Made by a program: the position numbers and the translations under genes. A stretch of 64,000 bases of DNA from Lingula anatina. Its lineage: Eukaryota; Animalia; Brachiopoda. The notes beneath the pieces are model-generated. The model was not told the origin of the DNA, ran no database searches, and saw only the letters and a program-made list of their open reading frames with translations. Below are positions 28,273 through 39,300 of this stretch, piece by piece; the stretch's first letter is position 1, and each line of letters starts with the position of its first letter. Where the stretch lies: contig CM120640.1 in the NCBI GenBank assembly GCA_051362555.1, positions 23,918,225 to 23,982,224 of the forward strand. The letters run 5' to 3'.

Positions 28273-29572
28273 GTAACCCGTGTTACTGGCGAGAACAATA
28301 CACTAAAATTAATTTTTCAGCAGCAGTCTGTGCCATAAACTTTTCACCCTACTGGCCATTCAGTCCACCTTCTTTCCTAAAAACTAGATATAGATGTCTG
28401 AATCTTGATTCACTGGTTCGAATACAAAGTTCAATAGGACTAGACTGGATTGCATTAATATTTGTATTAACAAGACCTTGACATTTTTCTCGAATCATGA
28501 TGTAACAGTTACATTTAAAATAAATCAAAAGCTCTTTTTCATACTTATAGATAAAATCTAACAGCCATGTCACCAAATTGACACATTCTGGAAATCTACC
28601 GATTCCAACAATTTTTCTGGCTGCAGACTGCTTTTGATATACAATTTTTGAAAACTAATCAAATTTTCCTTTCTATTTACAGAACTCAATTAGGGCAATT
28701 CCTGATAAAGTCCCTCTTTTTTGAAAGAGGTGCAAGAAGAGGGTCACATTCAATCCTTGGTGCATGGTTGAGTCCTGCCATGGTCTGTATGTTAGGGGGC
28801 TGCATGGGGGAGCATCAGAAGCATATTGCGTTTCACAGAGATGGAAATCTATCAAGCCTTAAAAGGTACATATCACTCATGTTTTTTGGGGAAAACAAAA
28901 CACTTAAGTGATTTTTCATACCTTGAAAAACTAAAAACCGTTAGCCACATTAATTTGACAGCTCACATTCAGAAGGCAATGTCTTTTACCCATGACCCAC
29001 TCCTAGGATTAAGATATTTATGGTTAGTAGATTGGATTTGGGTGGGAGAAGTAAAGAGGGAAACTTTTGACTTATAATTTTTTATTTTGTAGTTGAGGCA
29101 GATAGCATTGGGGAGCGCCTGTCCTGATGACGGTCCATTTTAACAAGGTTGACAAGGCTAAAATGGAGAAAGCCATGTCAGCTATATCATATAGTGTTTC
29201 AAGAGCCCTTCAATAGTTGTGATTAGAGAGCATTCAAGGTAAGTTATGGGACAGGATAAGGGTAAATGAACTAGATTGTCATTCATTGTATAGATAATAC
29301 AAACCTTTTATCAGTGCAACTCCAACAAACTGAGCATTTTGTGCAAGGTCTTAGACAATTGTTTTAAGAATGTTTGGGACCTGTCACTCGGTGCAGGCAT
29401 TTGTTTTCCATTTACAATTTACTCTAGCAAATTCAGTGCTCATTTTTCACAGGTAAAAAGCTCTTTTAATTTGTCACAGATGTGGAAAAACCTTATCATT
29501 CATACAAAATATTTGACATGCCATTCGTCAACTTTCAGATCCTCAACAGTCTCGATATTCTGCAGAACGTTG

Positions 29573-29895
29573 TCAATGGTCGAGATTACTTGGAGCTACC
29601 GCCCCCACCACCCACCGCCACCAATGTGACTCTGGGGCGTGGTCAGTGGTCCAGATTACTTGGAGCTACCGCCCCCACCACCCACCACCAACAATGTGAC
29701 TCCGAGGCGTGGTCAGTGGTCCAGATTACTTGGAGCTACCGCCCCCACCACCCACCACCACCAATGTAACTCCAGGGCGTGGTTACTGGTCCAGATTACT
29801 TGGAGCTACCGCCCCCAACACCCACCACCAATGTGACTCCGGGACGTTGTCACTGGTCCAGAAATTGTATACTAGCAGCTACCACCCCCACCTCC
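29573..29895 (+). repeat. 70-bp C-rich tandem repeat, ~4.5 copies
   Basis: Units ccagattacttggagctaccgcccccaccacccaccacc...gcgtggtcagtggt at 29581, 29651, 29721, 29791, partial at ~29858. Confidence 0.95.
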
Positions 29896-29939
29896 AGTGC
29901 TGTGGTTGTGGTAATAAAAGGCCACCGTAGAAGTGAGTA

Positions 29940-30300
29940 TTTATTTCCATCTCTCTACATTGTTCAGATTGTTGGGCATTTTCCTGGTTTATATGCCTCC
30001 CTTTACGCCTCTTATTCTCCAGTCACTTTCTTTTTGTAGAATCTTGGCACTCTCCCAATCAATGTTTTTTTGTGATGGTTCATTGTAGCAGAAGGCTACC
30101 TTGGGCTGTAGTGTATTTTTCCCTCTTCGGGTACCCTTTCTTATTCCTTCCCGTGTTCTTTAACTCTAACGTTCAACTTTCTCTTTGTCTCTCCCATATA
30201 AATCCTTCACAAATTAAACACTTGATGGAATACTAGTACACTCCTCCCGCTGGATCTAGATTGTTCAGGCTTTACTTAAACTTGTCTTTGAGTAGAGTCG
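29940..30300 (-). mobile_element. Degenerate Penelope-like retroelement fragment (C-terminal GIY-YIG endonuclease)
   Basis: Minus-strand translation across stops and frameshifts: LKDK...GGVY*YSIKCLICEG/YMGETKRKLNVRVKEH...NIDWESAKILQKESDWRIRGVK/EAY...NNLN. This matches the PLE endonuclease pattern (KDK; VY-I-C-C; YIGET-R-L--R--EH; IDW---KIL; R--KEAI; NLN). Confidence 0.85.
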
Positions 30301-33300
30301 TTTAAATGCTGTTAGTATTCCTTTTCCTTCGTTAAAACTAATTTGTGCAATACCCCATTGTGACATTAAGTCTGAAGGTCGCCAGTGGCATGTCAAAATA
30401 TTTCGCTTGAATGTTATTTCCAAGTTTGTGACAAAAGTGCTTTTGATATTTATTTCCCATTAAACTGCTGAAACTTTAAAAACACATTTCATATACAAAT
30501 GGTTGACTTTTATTACATTTTGAAGTAATAATTTAAATTTGCAGGCTAACAAAAGTGGTGGATTCTAAAAATGAAGATTGCAACTACCAAACCTCCAGAT
30601 GAAACACTTCTTCAGGATTGAGGGATCTTTATACAGATAACTTTGTAAGTTATTGGGGATCAACAACTTAAGAAAAGTGGTTCTGAATTTTTAAGTATTA
30701 TTATTGGTGTATTATGGCATTTCTTATTATTGACAGTGATCAAAAACTATATCCTATGTAAACAAACAGTAGAATTAGAAGTAGCACAGACAGTCAACAA
30801 TTTAACATGTAGGCTAACATTACAATATTCAATATAGCAACATCTTTTCTTACTTTTTTGTCAAATGTTTGAAATAATTTATTTTTTGAAGACTGCTGTC
30901 TACTTACTCTAAAAAGTTAATATATATATTTCAATAAAGGAAGCATATTTCACTGTACATTTGGAAATAACGCTCTGATCATTTTAAGAACCAAGCTTTT
31001 CATTAATGTTAACGGTGTGTAAATACCAGTGATATACTTTCTTTGTTGCAGTTACTGCAAGCTTTCGATATAGCTTTTCATACTTTTGAGTAAAAGTTGG
31101 ATTTCATTTGTAGGCTACGAATTGGAAGTTTTCCAATAATTACGCCTGCATGATGTCGGATAACGTCGACCCAAGACCAAATGTCCAAGATGTTAAACAC
31201 TGTACAGCGTTAGCAAGGAGCCCTGTGGACACTTTCATCGATGCTCGGACATCCCACGAGTTTTGGTGTTGAAGGACACGGCTTGTTCTGCAAACAAATA
31301 TAGAGAATGTGGAATGGTAATGAAGGCAATATACAGTACTGAATACAGTCTAATAATGTCTTTTAGATGCTGAGAATATTTGGGGTTCATGGGTCACAAA
31401 CATGTCAAGGTGAAATTGCATCAAATTTCATTTGTATTTTATGCCTTATGCAGTGAACCATTTTATTTCAATAACAGAAGAGAAAACTGAGGTTCAAGAT
31501 AATTCTTCATTCCATACAAGATCAATTGCATAAGATGTGTGCTTCTGTAGGAAAAGTCTACCTCTACAGTTGCTATAATTATTATATTAATAAATTTGAA
31601 TATAGTTGCTTTATCCACATTCTGAATGCAGATAGTTTTTTGCTCACAAAAACATTCCCACCACTTGTGGTCGTCTGTGTTTTGTTTCAATCTGAGATGG
31701 TCATTTTTCAAATTTGTGCTTTTGATGATGTGGAGTTGTTTGTCAGTATGGCATTTGAAAAGGTCTTAACCTGCACACTAACCTTACTAACAAACCCTCA
31801 CATCTTTGTAAAATCTGACTTCATGTAAACGCTTTTACATGAAGAGATTTTACATTGATAGATTGTGCAAAATCTGTAATGAAATATTTTACGTGTGAGA
31901 AAATATTTCATTATATTTTTTGTACAGTCTGCTCTTCTTGAGAGATGCTGTCATCTCTCAAGATAGAGATCACATTACTAATATTTAGATTTTCTCAAGT
32001 GTTATAGTTGACAAATACATCCACTTCATCACATATGCACCTTTTCTCCGGATCAAAAAAATTCAGATTGAAATTTATATGGGCGGTCATACAGTGTAAT
32101 GTGAGATCCGAAATATTTTGAAGCAAGCTTGTATCATGCAGGTAGTTGCGATTTCAGTGCAAAGTTACATTTTAGAAACCTGGTATTTTAAGTCGAATTA
32201 TATATCAAAGTTTAGTTGAAATCATTGATATTTCCGAGTTATAATCATATTACTTGTATCTGTTTGCATTTTATCATAAAGAGAACTATAATCAAGTTTT
32301 GAAAGATGCTTGCAGTTGTAAAATGATTAACTTTATTTATGGTTTTAATTCTCCAAGATAAAGTCAAAATGATTCTGTTTAATTGTTGTCTCTTGTTAGT
32401 TTTTTATTGGCTTCAGTGCCTTTTTTTGTAAGAATTACTTTAATAAGTTTTTATGCTTCACCTCGTGTATAGTATATATAGAGAATAGTTAGTCAAGACA
32501 AAGGTTATTCCGTCACACAATGCTGTCTAAAACGGGACGATTCTTGAACTGTACGCAGCGCCGTGCCAATAGAAACCGATTTCGTCATGTTATTCGGGCG
32601 TGGGCACTTTCCCGGCATTCCCCACGAAGGGTTTAGACGGGTTTTTCCCCACGGCCCGAGAGCATCTGGTACCAGTTTCCGACCACAAGACCTGCATTAT
32701 CGGACGCTAGATGAAGACGATGGAAAATCTTAGAACTTTTGATAATACTGCTATGTATTAATTCATTGCGTTTACGTAGTTCATTACTTTTTAAATCAAC
32801 TGTAAATATTCAAAATTGTACATAATAGTTGAATAAAAAATATTCTATAATTTTCTTTCTTTCTTTTTTTTTTTTGTAAAAAAAAGTGGTCGTGTACAGA
32901 TCGCTAAAAAAAGCGAGACTTGCAAATCAATTTAAATGGACTCGCATGTATGCTCGTTTAATCATTAGTAGAAATTGTCCTCTTTCGCCTCTCACTTAAA
33001 CTTTTACAATCTCGTCACTATTTCTGTCACTCCAATTTCTTCCATACCTTAACTTTTTTGTTTAAAAGGAAAAAAATCACACATTTACTTCGGAGAGAAG
33101 AATCAATGTTAGGCTATAATAGTTTTTGAAGGGAAACCACGCATGCCTCTCCCCTAATTGTGATTGACAGTATCCTTGCATCTTGTTGACATGATATCAA
33201 CTTGAAGTTTACTAACCTGCCCCAGGCCGTCATTGAACGACCTTGTCCGCGTACACTGGAACACTTATCCACAATATACACTGATCCACAATGCACTTTG

Positions 33301-34689
33301 AAGAAACTTTCATTTCATATCTTGTTTCACAGATGATGACAATAAAGATAAAGTGATAATACATTTTTGCTATTAATATTTATGTGGAGTTGTCCAGTTT
33401 TTTTGGTTGCTTTGATTTTGCAAGGAGAAAGGATAACGAAAAGATAATATGCTTGTTGTGATTTTTAAATTAAAATGTTTTAGTTACTATTTATAATTGC
33501 TTAAATATTTTAACATTTCTTTGATTTGCTTGAAAGAAGATGGCATGCAGCGACCCATAGTTACCCTATTCACAGTTTAGAACTGGCATTATATGGTTTA
33601 AAAAAACTTTCGCGTGTGTGTGCGTGTGGGGAGGGGGAGGTAGAGAGGTAGGATGCCTCACATTTACCAAGAAGTTATAACTTCTTGCATTTACCAACAT
33701 CGTGGTGAGAGTATTAGCGAGGCAGAAAGTGTTTCAGACAGCACATCTGATTAATTATCTATTGTTTATTATACATTTTTTATTCTCATATTTATATATT
33801 TTGTATAAAATAACTCTTGCATTGCTTTCTATACAAGGTCTTTATCACATACATTATCATATATGAAGTACTTTTTAGGTGATTTATTTTCATTGTCATA
33901 CAGATTATTGGCCATTACTGTTATTATGTGTACTATATTTTCATTTAGTTTTTACTTTTACCTTATCATTATTTTGGTACAATTTATACCTTGTTTATTG
34001 TATGGTTAATGGAAACATTCCAAATAGGTGTTTAGAGTGCTTTAACACATGATTTTTTTTGTGTTACTGTAACAGCCTTTTGCTTTTAGCATTTTTTACT
34101 ATTCTATAGGGCTTTGTACAAAATGTGTATTGGTTAACAATATAATTATTTAGACCAACAAATGCTGGTCTGTGAGAAAAGTTATATAAAATTAATAAAT
34201 ACGCTGATACAAGTTTTTCTAGTTACAAGACTTTTATACAGTTAAGTGAAATCAGTGATGGTTTCTGTGAGAAAATATTGTAATACACCACCCCTCCCTC
34301 TCTTCTCTAGGATTAAAAAAACAAACAAACAAACAAAAAAAACAATTACTTTCCCACATCGCAATTATTTAACATATAACTCTTTTTTTCACCACAAGAC
34401 AAGTTTCATTAGAAAAAATTATTTATGCAATATATATGCTGAAATAACTTGCTCTGATTCATATTAGACTGCATACAACAGGTAAATATGGTTACCTCCA
34501 CCCCCACATATAACTCATTAAAAATAAGATGCCTCAAACGATGCCTCAAACCAAATAATATTTTTTCACACAACAAATATATGCATAAACTTTATAATAG
34601 CAAATTATTAAAAAAATTTGACGATGGGCACTTTGCCAATGGTTATCTGCACTCATCCTTAAATTTTTCACATATCGACATTTTCAAGG

Positions 34690-35860
34690 TGTGACTTTGA
34701 ACTTCCATGGGTTTGAAGACCTTTGCTAGTCTGAATATCCATGATAATTTTATTTCATTATTAAAATTGATGGTCATTATGCATTATGTAATATTGCAAC
34801 GAAAATGAAGAAACCTCTATTTTGGACACTGCTTTTATAGTGACCATTAAAGAAAAACCATGTTACTTACTCTTCTTAAAACTTACAGGAAAGAAACACA
34901 GGTCTAAAATGCAGCCTGTGTTGGAAAAGCAATCTAATTGGTTTCTTTTTCTGTTGTACGTTTGTGAAGTTGTTATCTTTCATATATTGGCATTTTCAAT
35001 GTGGGACTTGGAACTCCCATGGTCATGAAGCCCAGTGGTAATCAAATTTTCTAAATGACCACGTTATTAATAAAAATAAATGGTGGTAATTATAGTTAAT
35101 CATTATGTAATATTGCATCAAAATTGCCAAAAAGCCAACTTCGTGCACTGTCATCACAAACGTTATGATAAAAAGCAAACTGTGTTAGTTATTATTTTTT
35201 TTAGCTTAAAAGAATGATTCTTAGGATTGACATACAGCTCAAATAAGAAAACCAGCTCTATTGGATTATCATTTTTTATTGAATTAACGCAACTTTTTGT
35301 GAAATTCTCATTTTTCTCATTCTGGCATTTCTAAGTATGAACTTGAACTCTCATGGGCCTGCTTTTACTTTCATCGGTATTACCTGTTTTGCATAATTTA
35401 AATTTGATGTTGACTTTGCAGTTAAGCGTAATATATTATTGCATCAGAATTGACAGCATCCTATTTTGTGCATTATTACTTTCTGCTTTTTTTAAGATGT
35501 GACTTATTGGTCTGAAAGACCTTTGAGAGGGTCAGTCTGTAAATTTCCCTTGGGTATCACTAAGCTAAGTTCAGAGTTATAAAGTCATTTGCCTAATTAA
35601 TAGGTTATTAAATGAGATTACATAAAGCACAGTTGTTGATATTTCCCTGTAAACTCCCAAAGATTAAGCCAGTCTGCTAGATTAATAATAAGGAAGCAGT
35701 GATAATTATGCAGGTAAATTTTGCAATATCTCTGGGTCCACTCCTGTTATTGACCATGTTACCTGTTGTACATGATTAAAATTCAGTGTTGACTGACAGT
35801 GCTATTATAAGCATTATTTATTATTGCATCAAAATTGACAAAATGACCTATTTTGCATCT
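34690..35860. repeat. Old, highly degenerate tandem repeat (~315-335-bp period)
   Basis: Recurring ttgaact(t/c)(c/t)catgg at ~34697, ~35008 and ~35343, and attatgtaatattgca..aaaat-like motifs at ~34783, ~35102, ~35430 and ~35815. Confidence 0.5.
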
Positions 35861-35911
35861 TTATTTTCTGTTTTTTGTCTGTACATTTGACAGCTTTGCT
35901 GCCTTGTTAAC

Positions 35912-36315
35912 TAAATCAACCTTCATAAATCTAATTTAAGGTTGGACTCAAGTGCAGAGAGGGATAAATAAATGATTGGGGAATACGAGAAAATTGCGCA
36001 TTTCCCCGAAAAATTTTGGTGGGTAAAATCCATTAATTTAAAATATATGAGGCATTCAGCAATGCCACAATCAATTGCACAGTATTCATATTACCACATA
36101 AAACAATGTTTCCAAAATTACTGTCAGCTGTGTTTCAACACAATCATGCGTTTTAACTTGGCAATTGTTTATTAAAGAATAAAGCAGTCTAGCAATTTTA
36201 AATCTTGTCAATAATCTGGACTGAAGCAGTGACTCAAAAATCATTCTCAGCAATATTTCAATAAAAAGACATACTGAAAGATGTGTTCCAAAAATTAATA
36301 CGATATATTCTTCTT
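35912..36315. repeat. MDN1 3' UTR/downstream region, source (right) copy of the duplication
   Basis: Colinear with 22634-22998; retains the minus-strand AATAAA at 36168-36173. Confidence 0.9.
36168..36173 (-). terminator. Candidate MDN1 polyadenylation signal
   Basis: TTTATT on + (AATAAA on -), ~210 nt downstream of the MDN1 stop. Confidence 0.5.
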
Positions 36316-36382
36316 CCTGTCCCATCCCTCCAGGAGTCAAAACCACATAATATATAGTATGTCCTTTGCCAGTGACCCGTCC

Positions 36383-39300
36383 TCAGCTGTCCCCAGCAGT
36401 GACCAGTTCAAACCACTGTCTTAAGGCATCACTCAGAGTCTGGGGCAAAGAGTTGATATCTCGCAGTATAATGTAGAATGGGAAAGGGAAATGGTCCATG
36501 TAAGATTTGATTTCAGGAATCTGAAAATACAATACTCTAATTTCACAAATCTGCAGATAAACATTTCTCAATTTAGTAATACTCAATATAGGAAACATTT
36601 AACTTGGGCCTTCTTTCAAATTAATGATATTCAAGTAGTTTCTTAATAAGGTGAATGGATATGCTGATATTCTAATTTCAACAACGTGAAGTATGTTTCA
36701 CAACTGAAAAAAAAACTTTTGTTTGCTATTTAATCTTTGAGCCTTGCCTGTCCAGGTCCTTTAAACACTGGCACTTTTATGTCCAGTATAGAGTCCTTAT
36801 TGAGAGGATTATCTATGACCACAAAGACCACAAACACATTGGCCTCCCTGGCCCTCCTGACTGCCTGCTTGACAACCTCCATACCCTCCAGGAACAGGCC
36901 ACGCCCATCAGAGACCACCAGCAGGAGCTGGGAGGTCTCTATGTTAGTGACCACACCCTGCTGTCTGGACCTGGCACTCAGCATTATACCTGTGGCTTGG
37001 TCTAAGAGCTGAAATTGGGGACAGATGATTCATTGCTTTAAAGTACCAACCACTGTGAACACATGAAATTTCAAATTTCTTCCAAAACTGAAATCCATGA
37101 ACACTAAACTTAGGTACAAGCTTTATATGAGAATGTATCAGTATTAGTTTTGTATTATATTATGAGTGAGCAATGAAGATAACATTTCTGGTTTAGGTTC
37201 TGAAAATATGTTTTAAATTAGCAGAAAATTATGAAGAAAAAGTAAAAGTTTCAGATATTTTAATATAAACTTACCTGTGCAATCTTGGTCTTCTTCTGCT
37301 CAAATGTAAACTGCTGCAGGATCCTGGCACCTGATTGGTTGGAAAACTGCTCTTGGAAAGGATGCAGGACCTTCACCACCTCACCAAAACTACAAGAAAA
37401 ATGAATAAATAAAACATCTGTTTCAAATTCTTTACAAAAAGTTTAACAAAAAAAATATTTGTTAACTTACAGGAAATTTTGTTTTTAAAAGCTAATACAA
37501 TTTTAAGCAAATATTACATATATTTTTACAGCATTAATTTCACCAAAATGGGATTTATTTTTATTTTTTGTTGTTCAATGAGACATTTTTAAAGAAAAAC
37601 TCAAATTTACCTGCTAACTGCCAGTTCTCCTGCCTCCAGGGTTGTAAGGGCATTAGCAATAACAGCTAAAGACTCAAAGGCTAGCTGTAGTAATAAAACA
37701 AAACAATGTGAAGATCTGGCAAAACCACAGGTTTTTCTTGAAGATAATTGAGCATCGTAAATTAAGCATTTTTTGTGTGAAGAAAATAAAAGCAGTCTTT
37801 TTAAATAACATGATCAATAAAAGCCTTGGAGTAAACTATTTGTTTTAAAGACTGTGCTACTGGTAACACCCAGCTTATCATACCTGTTTGGAGTGGTTGT
37901 CTGTCATACTTGAAGAGTCGTCCACTGCTAACATGATCTGGTAGTTACGTTTGCTGGGTTTGGTTCTCCTTAGCCAGATCTTGTCTTTCCTGAACTGACT
38001 GGCAATGTACGGGATCACCTTGCGCATGTTGAGTCGCTTGCCTGTACGATAGTCTCCCCTGAAAGTATCAAAAATATTCTTTCTGATCAACTGTTACCAT
38101 ATAAAATTTCCTTAACCTCTCACTCACCATCTCTAAAAAATATTTCTTTGGACACTCTTACTGGTCAACAGAAGTGTGAAGTAGAGCTACTGATACTTAC
38201 TTGAGTTTTGTAGCTTGAGATGGTTCCAGAACCAGCCTCAGCTGTTCACACAGTTCCTGGGACAAACTGCTGGTCAGCATTTCATATCTCTGCCAGGCCT
38301 CCTGTGCCTGCTGCTCCTGCAGGACCAAAATAAAATATATAAAGTAATATGGTTTGAAGGTGACTAAAGAATAGGAATACCAATCTTTTTCCCCCTCCCT
38401 AATTTTCTGCTTCTCCTCACCATTTCAATTTTTTTTTAATAATTTAACAGCCACTAAGACCAATTTATTGGATTGAAACTTACCTCTTCTCTTGAGCCTG
38501 GTTTAGGGTGGCTCCATGTGGTCAACTGCTGTTCAAGTTCTCTTCTTAAACTTTCCAGATCTGCTTCCTGGGCCTGAAAAAACAGAAATATCACTGAAGG
38601 TAATGGACCCCCAATAAAGTGCACTTTTTAGACTGTAATAATTCTGAAAGTTATCAAAATCTTCTACAACGAGTGAAAGGATAAACTGGCAATGAAAATA
38701 TTAAAAAAAATTTCAAACATGGATGTTAATGCAGAACTGCTGGTTACCGTTTCTAAATGCAAATGCTCCAAGGCTGTGTGAATGGAAGACTCCATGGGTC
38801 GCTGAACTGTGGCAGTTTCAATTTTTTCTCCACTGGTCTCCATTGTCTGACCTTTTTCATCCACATCCATTCCTTCCTCATTTTCTCTCTTATCATTGCC
38901 TCCATCTGGTTTCCTCAATTTAGCAGATGATAGCTTGTCAACCTTTTTGTCTTCCTCCTAAAATTGATTTAATAAAAAAAAGGGAATGCAAAGGAGAGTA
39001 AATTGGACATACTAAAATGATTACACAGAAAAGCTGACACTTGGCAAGAATTAAAAACATAAGTATTTTTGGTTGAAAAATTGGTATTTGTATTTCTCCC
39101 TCATTGAAAAATAAAACTTACATGCATTCCAAACCTGAATAAATGCTAACTTTGAAATTATTTCATCAGTCAGGACAACTAACCTGATGATCAGTATCAT
39201 CCAAGGGTTTCATTTCATCATCTTCATTTACTTTTTCTTCTCCTTCCTCCTCATCAAGCTGAGGAATGGGTTGCTGCTCCAGCTGTTCAGCAGTAGCAGC

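Larger units (their letters stand above)
24969..29932 (+). ncRNA. Putative multi-exon repeat-modular lncRNA, or a decayed repeat-protein gene
   Basis: Predicted exons: 24969-25367; eleven 52-nt exons starting 25448, 25580, 25712, 25845, 25977, 26108, 26239, 26371, 26502, 26633, 26765; then 26896-27318, 27387-27652, 27721-28272, 28683-28865, 29093-29238 and ~29540-29932. They have consensus donors and pyrimidine-rich acceptors, and no long ORF survives splicing. Transcription is inferred, not observed. Confidence 0.5.

Noticed and set aside
29110-29200. Hammerhead ribozyme (CTGATGA…tccatttta/taaaatgga stem…GAAA) near the Penelope relic
   Set aside because: Three extra bases separate CTGATGA from the stem, the closing pair is non-canonical, and I could not form stem I around any NUH site. 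An Infernal/RNAmotif search would settle it.
29482-30039. Proline-rich ORFs (DYLELPPPPP)
   Set aside because: They are by-products of a 70-bp (non-triplet) repeat; the same peptide appears in shifting frames and is interrupted by stops.
31114-31316. RING-finger-like pseudo-exon (CPRC*…EPCGHFHRC)
   Set aside because: Two in-frame stops and missing later Cys ligands; too weak to call without a homology search.
22634-36315. LTR retrotransposon with ~370-bp LTRs
   Set aside because: There are no TG…CA ends, PBS/PPT or gag-pol remnants; the repeat is MDN1 3' sequence and is accompanied by an MDN1 coding relic.
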